A stretch of DNA of 64,000 nt, taken from NCBI GenBank assembly GCA_963575745.1, contig CAUYUJ010000037.1, forward strand, positions 496,001-560,000, in the 5' to 3' direction. The notes beneath the pieces were generated by a model that worked only from the letters and a program-made list of their open reading frames with translations, searched no databases and was not told the origin of the DNA. The translations under genes and the position numbers were made by a program. Positions 57,637-64,000 of the stretch are shown piece after piece. The stretch's first letter is position 1, and the number at the start of each line of letters is the position of its first letter. Origin of the DNA: Prorocentrum cordatum (Eukaryota).

Positions 57637-58961
57637 GTCTGGCCTTCCGCTGAATGCGTCGTTCCTTCTGACGCCCTCTTACGGTCAAGAACTTTTGCTT
57701 AGCGTGTCGTTCCGCCGATTCTGGCCCACCGCGCTTCCAAGCGACAAGCTAGTCACGCTCCAGTCCATGAGCGTCAACGTCCCGAGCCTCTGCGAGCCTC
57801 CCGCGCGACACACTAAGCAAAGGTAGACCCCCTCGCGTCGCGAAAAAATCTGGATGGGAGTCTGGCGGTTTCCGGCGTCTGGGGGACCCTCGCCAGGCCA
57901 CGGGACCGCCGAAAACCGATTCGGGGATGAAAGTCAGCCTTGGGGAAAGGGTCGGGACTGTCGGGCACCCTGCCTTGAAGAATCAAGACACCGCATGTTT
58001 GGGTGTCGCTGCTCCTGACGACTACTTCGTCCAACATGATTATGTACGCCCCTCTCTCGGTCAAAAAGGATGCCGCCGGAGGTTCTTGCCTCAGGAGGTG
58101 CGTTCTTGCCTTCCTTGGCGGCGCGCACAAGAAGGTGGCGCGAAGGTGGCGGCCTTATGAGGAAGCAGGAGAGATTATGAGAAGGCACGGAGCATGGACC
58201 TTCCTAGAAGTGCCTGGGAAAGGCCGGGAAGGCTTCTTAGACGTTTCCCCGCCTTCTTGGAGAGTCGCCCCACCACCCCCTCATGCGCGCCGCCGGCTTC
58301 CAATGCACGTGTCGCTCCTTCTCGCATCGTTGTAGTCCAGCAGGGTTTGCACTCGTCGTCTCCAGGTCCAGCAGGCGGCCCCGGAAGGTTGCGCAGCCGG
58401 GAGGTGCGGGCTTCGAAGACGACGGTTTTTTTTTATCTTATGTCGTGGGTTTCTTCACCAGGGACTTCGACGTGCTAAATCACGTCTCCTGACGTCCTCT
58501 CAGTAAGATCTTGGATCCCGCGTGAATCGTTTACATGTTTGGTCCCCGCCCCTCCTGGGCATTGGCTGCGCGCACAGCGACACGTCCCATGTGCGTATCG
58601 CTTTGCTTGGCACACATCCCAACGACGCATGGGGATGGGCACTCCTTAGTCACGTCGATCGCGTCGCCCACTGGCACGCCGATGGCGCTGTCCAGCCCTG
58701 GCGTCGCTGCGTCGCATGCGCGTCGATGTTTCTGACAGCGCATGTGCCAGACATCCTCCGATACGATTTCTTCAATCCGCGGCACCAGAACTCCTGACAC
58801 CCTCCCGGGGGGTAGGCTTGCGCCCCAGGACCCGAAAGCGGCCCCCCGAAGGCCGTCATGAAAGAAAACATCCCGGATTGAAAAATCACATCGTCGGAGA
58901 GTCGTATGTTTTTTTGACAGCGCTGTTGGTTCCGTGCACGCGTCCCTGCTGCACTCCCGAG

Positions 58962-59111
58962 GTCCGAGGGCAACGAGATCGGCCTGGTGGGCGCCCAGCA
59001 CGACCGGCACGCCGCCATCTTCGCCTGCGACACCACGCTCGTCTTCTCCAACGGCCCCTCGATTCGCATCGGGACGATGGACACCGTGTCGATCCCCACC
59101 GAAGCCATCGG
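58962..59111 (+). CDS. Exon of SMB-domain gene (dinoflagellate LxCFSV...IFACD domain, putatively glycosyltransferase-like)
   Basis: The phase-2 join AG|G gives Arg, then SEGNEIGLVGAQHDRHAAIFACDTTLVFSNGPSIRIGTMDTVSIPTEAIG. GT donor at 59112. Confidence 0.8.
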
Positions 59112-59619
59112 GTTGCGAGCGCCGGGGAAAGTCCCCCTGCCAGACCCCCTCGGGTCATACAGAAAATCACGATGGAGGGTGTTTGGCCATTGTAGGCCTC
59201 CGTTGGGCCCTGCCAGGCCCCAGGACAGTCAAACATGGTCGACCCAAGAGCCCGGAAAGGGATGTGGAACTGTGAGGCATGGCAACGTTTTCAAGACACC
59301 TAATCGGGCGACGGGCAATTGCAATGCTCAATGTATCGTTCTTGGTGTGCCGTGCCCAGGGTTGTGCTGTGCTGTGCCGTGCTGAACTGCGATGACCCAT
59401 GCCGCGATTGTGCTCCATGGCGTTGTGGATCGAGTCCTCCTTGGCATTCGAGTCCTGACCGAACTGATCTGAATCTTCAGCTCGAGCTGCCTGGGCACAT
59501 AGTAGCCGCCCCAGAGCTAGTTGAAGTGGAAAAGTGGAGGACGCTCAATCAACTCGACCTCAAAATCCGACTCAGCTCCGAAAAGGAACGACACGAAAAG
59601 GGGCACAGGCTCACGGACG

Positions 59620-59960
59620 CGCCTCAGGATGTGCCAGGGGCGCAAAAGGGGATGCGCCAGGGGATGTGCCAGGGGACACATCAGGGGACGTGCCCTGGAC
59701 GTGTCAGGGACCGGCCATGGGACGTGCCAATGCGCGTGCCATGGGGCGACCAGAGGACGTCATGCCAAGGGACATTGCAAGGGGCCCGCCACGGAACAGG
59801 CAGGGGAAACGCCTGGGGACGAGCAAGGAAGCGCGACAGCGGACGAGCCAGGGAACGTGCCACGCCGAGTGGCGTGCTAGTGGACGTGCCAGGGCACGTC
59901 ACGCCTGAACGTCGCAAGGGACGCGCCAGGGGGCGCGCCAGGGCGCCAGGGGACGCCCCA
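59620..59960. repeat. Degenerate 12-bp minisatellite (ggacgtgccagg)
   Basis: Direct reading. Confidence 0.75.
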
Positions 59961-59999
59961 CGGACGGGCGGGGTTGGACTGCGACGCACTCTACTGCGA

Positions 60000-60242
60000 C
60001 AAGCATTTCGCTCGAAACATCCTCAACAAATTCGCATGTTAGATGTCCGCCTGGGCGACCTGGACACGAGAAACCAAACGCCTCGCTCGAGACGGTTTCA
60101 ACACCTCCTCATGCTAGGTATCTGCCTGAGCGACCTGGACACGTGAAAGCAAGCGTCTCGCGCAATACATCCTCGACATACCCTCATGTCAGACATCCGC
60201 CTGGGCAACCTGGACACGTGAAAACAAGCGTCTCTCTCTCTT

Positions 60243-60279
<37 letters not shown>

Positions 60280-61090
60280 GAGGCATCCTCAACACATCCT
60301 CATGCTAGATATCTGCCTGAGCGACCTGGGCACGTGAAACCAAGCGTTTCGCTCGAGACATCCTCAACACCTCCTCCTGCCAGACATCTGCCTGGGCGAC
60401 CTGGACACGTGAAAGCAAGCGTCGCTCTCTCTCTCTCTCTCTATCTCTTTTTCTCTTTTCTCTTTCTCTCTAGACATCATCAACACGTCCTGATGTTAGA
60501 CATCCGCCTGAGCGACCTGGACACGTGAAAGCAAGCGTCTCGCTCGAGACCTCAACACATCCTCATGCTGAACATCCGCCTGAGCGACCTGGACACGTGA
60601 AAGGAAGCGTCTCTCTCTCGAGACATCCTTAGCAGATCCTCATGTTAGACATCCGCCCGTGCGACCTGGACACGTGAAAACAAGCGTTTCGCTCAACACG
60701 TCCTTAACGCATTCTCATGCTAGACACCCGCCTGGGTGACCTGGACAAGCGAAACCAAGCGTCTCTCTATCAAGGCATCCTCGACACATCCTCATGCTAG
60801 ACATCTGCCTGGACGACCTGAACGCGTGAAAACAAAGGTATCGCTCGAGACATTCTCAACACATCGCTGATGTTATACATCTGCCTGGGCAACCTGGAGG
60901 CGTGAAACCAAGCGTCTCGCTCGAGACATCCTCAAGACCTGGGCACGTGAAAACAAGCATTCCACCTGAGACATCCTCTGAATTCTGGTCCCCAAGAGAG
61001 GAACGAACTATAGCACAAAACAAACGTTTCGCTCGAGACATCCTCAACAAAGTATGCAAAGCAAACGTTTCGTCCGAGACATCCGAAACG
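60000..61090. repeat. About 75-80-bp tandem repeat with variable (CT)n insert
   Basis: More than 10 copies of catcctcaacacatcctcatgctagacatccgcctgggcgacctggacacgtgaaagcaagcgtctcgctcgaga. Confidence 0.9.
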
Positions 61091-61419
61091 AACATGTTTA
61101 TGTTACCCTGTGTTGTATCGATCGGAATTTCAAACACCAGCGCTTCTCTCGGGGCACCCTCAAGTTTTCATTCGCCAGCCCATCTCGACCTTGTCATTTA
61201 TGTCGAGGCTGGGGGGGAAACAGCTAAAAGAGAACGCTGGACCAACGCCCTATCTGGGACAAAATCCGCGACGAGCTCCGAAAGTTAATGCTTATCCGCT
61301 GTTCTTCCTCCAGGAAGTCCGCCCAGTCCCTACGCACGAGTGCGAAGGCTCCTGGAGCCCATTTTTTGATTCCTCTCGCTTCGCGGGGTGCACGTCCGGA
61401 GCACGTGCAGTCCAGCCGT

Positions 61420-61950
61420 TGTGGGGCTTTTTGGAAGCCTCCTGGGGGGTTCTTGGAAGCTTCTTGGAGGCTTCCTGTGGCGTTTTGGGGGTCTCCTGGG
61501 GGCCTCTTGGCGGCCTCTTGGGGGCGTCTTGGGCCGTCTTGGGCCGTCTTGGGGCGCTTTTGCGCCGTTTGGCCCCTTCGGGGGCCTTCTTGGGAGCCTC
61601 TCGCGGCCGCCTTCGGGCCCTCTTGGAATCCTCATGGGCCGTCTTGGGGGCCTCTTGGACCGTCTTGGGGCCCCCTTGGGTGCTGCTTGGGCTGTCTTGG
61701 GGCCATTTTGGAGGCTGCTAGGGCCGTCATGGGCCTCTGAGAGCCGGGAAAGGCGAGAACGCGAAATTCTTTGAAACAACTTAAGGAAAATCGATGTTTT
61801 TGGCCTCTGGCGGCGTTCTGGTGGGCGCTCTGAGGGCCCTCTTGGGCAATCTTGGGGGCTTTGTGGGCCCTATTGGGGCCATCTTGGGCCGTCTTGGGGC
61901 CGTCTTGTCCCGTCTTGACACCATCTTGAACCGTCTTCACGCCCTCTTGG
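61420..61950. repeat. Degenerate 11-bp minisatellite (gggccgtcttg)
   Basis: Direct reading. Confidence 0.8.
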
Positions 61951-62669
61951 ATCCCCAAAAGGCTCAAGGTGCCCAAATCATCGGTTTTCCATAGGTTTTT
62001 CTAGATTTTGAGGCCCAGAAGGGGCCCTCCTCCTGAGGGTCGATGGAAGTGGCGCGACTCCAGGGGGGGGTAGGGGGGGACACATAATAATGTAACATGA
62101 TACAATATGTAGGAATTATGCAAGCATTGGACACATTGGATCCATTGCATTACAGCATCCGCGGACCTGCCTCCGGCAACACGTCACTTCCGGACGTGGA
62201 TTCTCTAGGCTTACGCCACATCCGCCGACCCCTTTAAGGGGGGTTGGGTGTGTGGGGGTCTGTTTTGAGCACATGTGTGGTCCCGCGGGTCACGGTATAG
62301 TCAGGTGGTCGAGGCGCTGCGGCGGCGACCCAGCAGCGGACGTTCGAGGTGGAGCGTCGCCGGTGGCCAATAATATATTTGGTGCTCGGCGTTTTTTTTG
62401 TCTTTTTCTGTTTTGGGGGGCGCCTGGTTCTTTTCGCGGGGGCGTCCTGGCAGCATTGATGGAGAGCTTCTGGGGGCCTCATGCTGTTTCTGTGGGGGCC
62501 CGCGGCTTTACATTGCCGTTTGGATCCTGCGGTAGGGCCGTCCCAGAGCTTTCTTGGAGGCATCTTGGGCCGCGTGGGTGCCATCTTTGGCGTCTTCGAA
62601 CGATCATTTGGCGGCTCGGGGTTCTGGTGAGTTGTCGTGGGGGCCCTTTGGGAGTTGCCGAGGCTGGAC

Positions 62670-64000
62670 CCCACTTGAAAACTGGAGTGGATTATGTGAT
62701 CAAAGAGGGATGGGCGAGCTATTCGTGGGTGCCGTTCCCGGATGTTCCGGAGTTGGAAACTCTGAGGCACACGTGGGTGCTGGTGCGGAACGAGCGCCCG
62801 AGGAACCCGAGTTTTCATGGAGCGCCGCAGCCGAAGCACGGAGCGGGGCAGGAGGATAGGAACGGGCTCTTGTTGATGGTCTATTTTCGGGCGTTCGCAC
62901 TGCGTGACGACGTCGAATGTGGAGTGCCGCACCTGCAGGACTTCCGCGGGGCGCAGGGGTCGTGGGCGGAGGCGTCATTGGATTGGTTAAAGAAAGGCAT
63001 GCCATGTGAAGAAACAAAGAGGCACGTGCAGAACTACATGGGCGCGGTGGATATGCGACCAGTCACGGACGAAGATCTAGTGAAACACGAGGACGAGCTT
63101 TACAGCTATGAAGAACTGGATCCGAGAATTGTCGACGCGGCGACAAGGCGAAAGACGCATGTGGGAGGCGCGTCCATGGAGAAAAAGGACAGGCGGATAA
63201 ATGTAGATGCGGAGTGCGAAAGGGAGAAGAGCCGGGAGGCCATGGCCAGGGGCGACGCCGTGCGGGGCGCGAGCACTGGTCGGATGAACGGAAAGCGCAA
63301 GAAGCGCGGAGGGGGCGGCGTGTTGAGGTGGGACGACGCGGAAGTGAAGAAAGTGCAAGCGGTGGCCGCGGCGTCGAAGGCCGCAGAAGGCAGCGGCGCG
63401 GGTGGAGAGGAAGGTGCCCCAGAGGTGGTGGCGGCCAAGAAAGCAACAGCGTCAAGCGTGCGGAGATGGAGGCAAGGGCTTGCGGAGAACGGGTTGAACG
63501 CGGGACAGCGTAGCGTCGTTGAGAGGGTGGCAGATCGCGCGTCGGCGCAAGAATTCGGGGGGTCCGCGAGCGGCAAGAAAACAGGGCAGAGTGGTCTTGA
63601 TATGCAGCCCCTCGCGTGGACGTTGCATGGCGGCCCAGGGGCTGGGAAGAGTTTCGTCATAGACAAGATCCGGAAGGAGCTGTTCGAAAAGAGCTGGAGT
63701 GGACGCACGGCGTAGATTTGCAGGCGGCAGCGTTGCAGGCTACAAACGCGCCAGCTCTCGACGGGAATACGATTCACAGTGCATTTGGGCTCGGTGTGAA
63801 CAAAACGAAGGAGAAGGACGCGGCGGGCAATGCCAACGCAGAGACGAAGAAGAAAACGAAGAAAGAGCAAGCGGCGCAGCATATGTCACAGTGGAAGTGG
63901 CTGATTGTGGACGAGGTGAGCATGGTGAGCGCAAACTTCATCGCGGAACTCGATTCGCATCTGCGGACGTGCATGTCAGCTGCGAGTGGCACGAAAGTAG
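62670..64000 (+). pseudogene. Degenerate PIF1-family helicase fragment, probably Helitron-like transposon; runs off the window
   Basis: LNAGQR, Walker A LHGGPGAGKS, a frameshift near 63700, then QATNA..LDGNTIHSAFG and Walker B WLIVDEVSMVS. No introns. Confidence 0.8.

Noticed and set aside
60000..61090. CRISPR-like array
   Set aside because: The units are contiguous degenerate tandem repeats. The variable parts are (CT)n rather than unique spacers, there are no cas genes, and the context is eukaryotic.

Overview
GC-rich, repeat-dense eukaryotic DNA. It is almost certainly a dinoflagellate, given the exact DinoSL spliced leader, GC-AG introns with AG|G junctions and a DNMT-carrying LINE; Prorocentrum-like is an inference. 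Main contents: (1) LINE-A (6078-14184, +) is a near-intact full-length non-LTR retrotransposon. It begins exactly with a perfect 22-nt dinoflagellate spliced leader plus a second decayed leader, ends in oligo(A), and is bracketed by a perfect 14-bp target-site duplication, so the inserted RNA appears to have been SL-capped. (2) A decayed Ty1/copia polyprotein (about 21.8-27.7 kb) has a SAP-like tail. (3) LINE-B (about 29530-37859, -) is a full-length older element with the order RNase H-APE-RT-C2H2-cytosine methyltransferase. It has a decayed SL at its 5' end, sits in a (TCC)n tract, and has a canonical-looking -1 ribosomal frameshift cassette (G_GGA_AAC, 5-nt spacer, 10-bp stem) at the ORF1/ORF2 junction. 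(4) Scattered host exons include an ankyrin exon (-) and a + strand gene encoding a Somatomedin B domain followed by a dinoflagellate LxCFSV...IFACD domain. (5) The rest includes a third SL pair in an intron, a decayed PIF1-helicase (Helitron-like) fragment at the right edge, a 1.75-kb tandem duplication, MITE-like elements and many mini- and microsatellites. Most short ORFs in the supplied track are GC or low-complexity artefacts. Domain calls come from motif recognition by eye, not from database searches.
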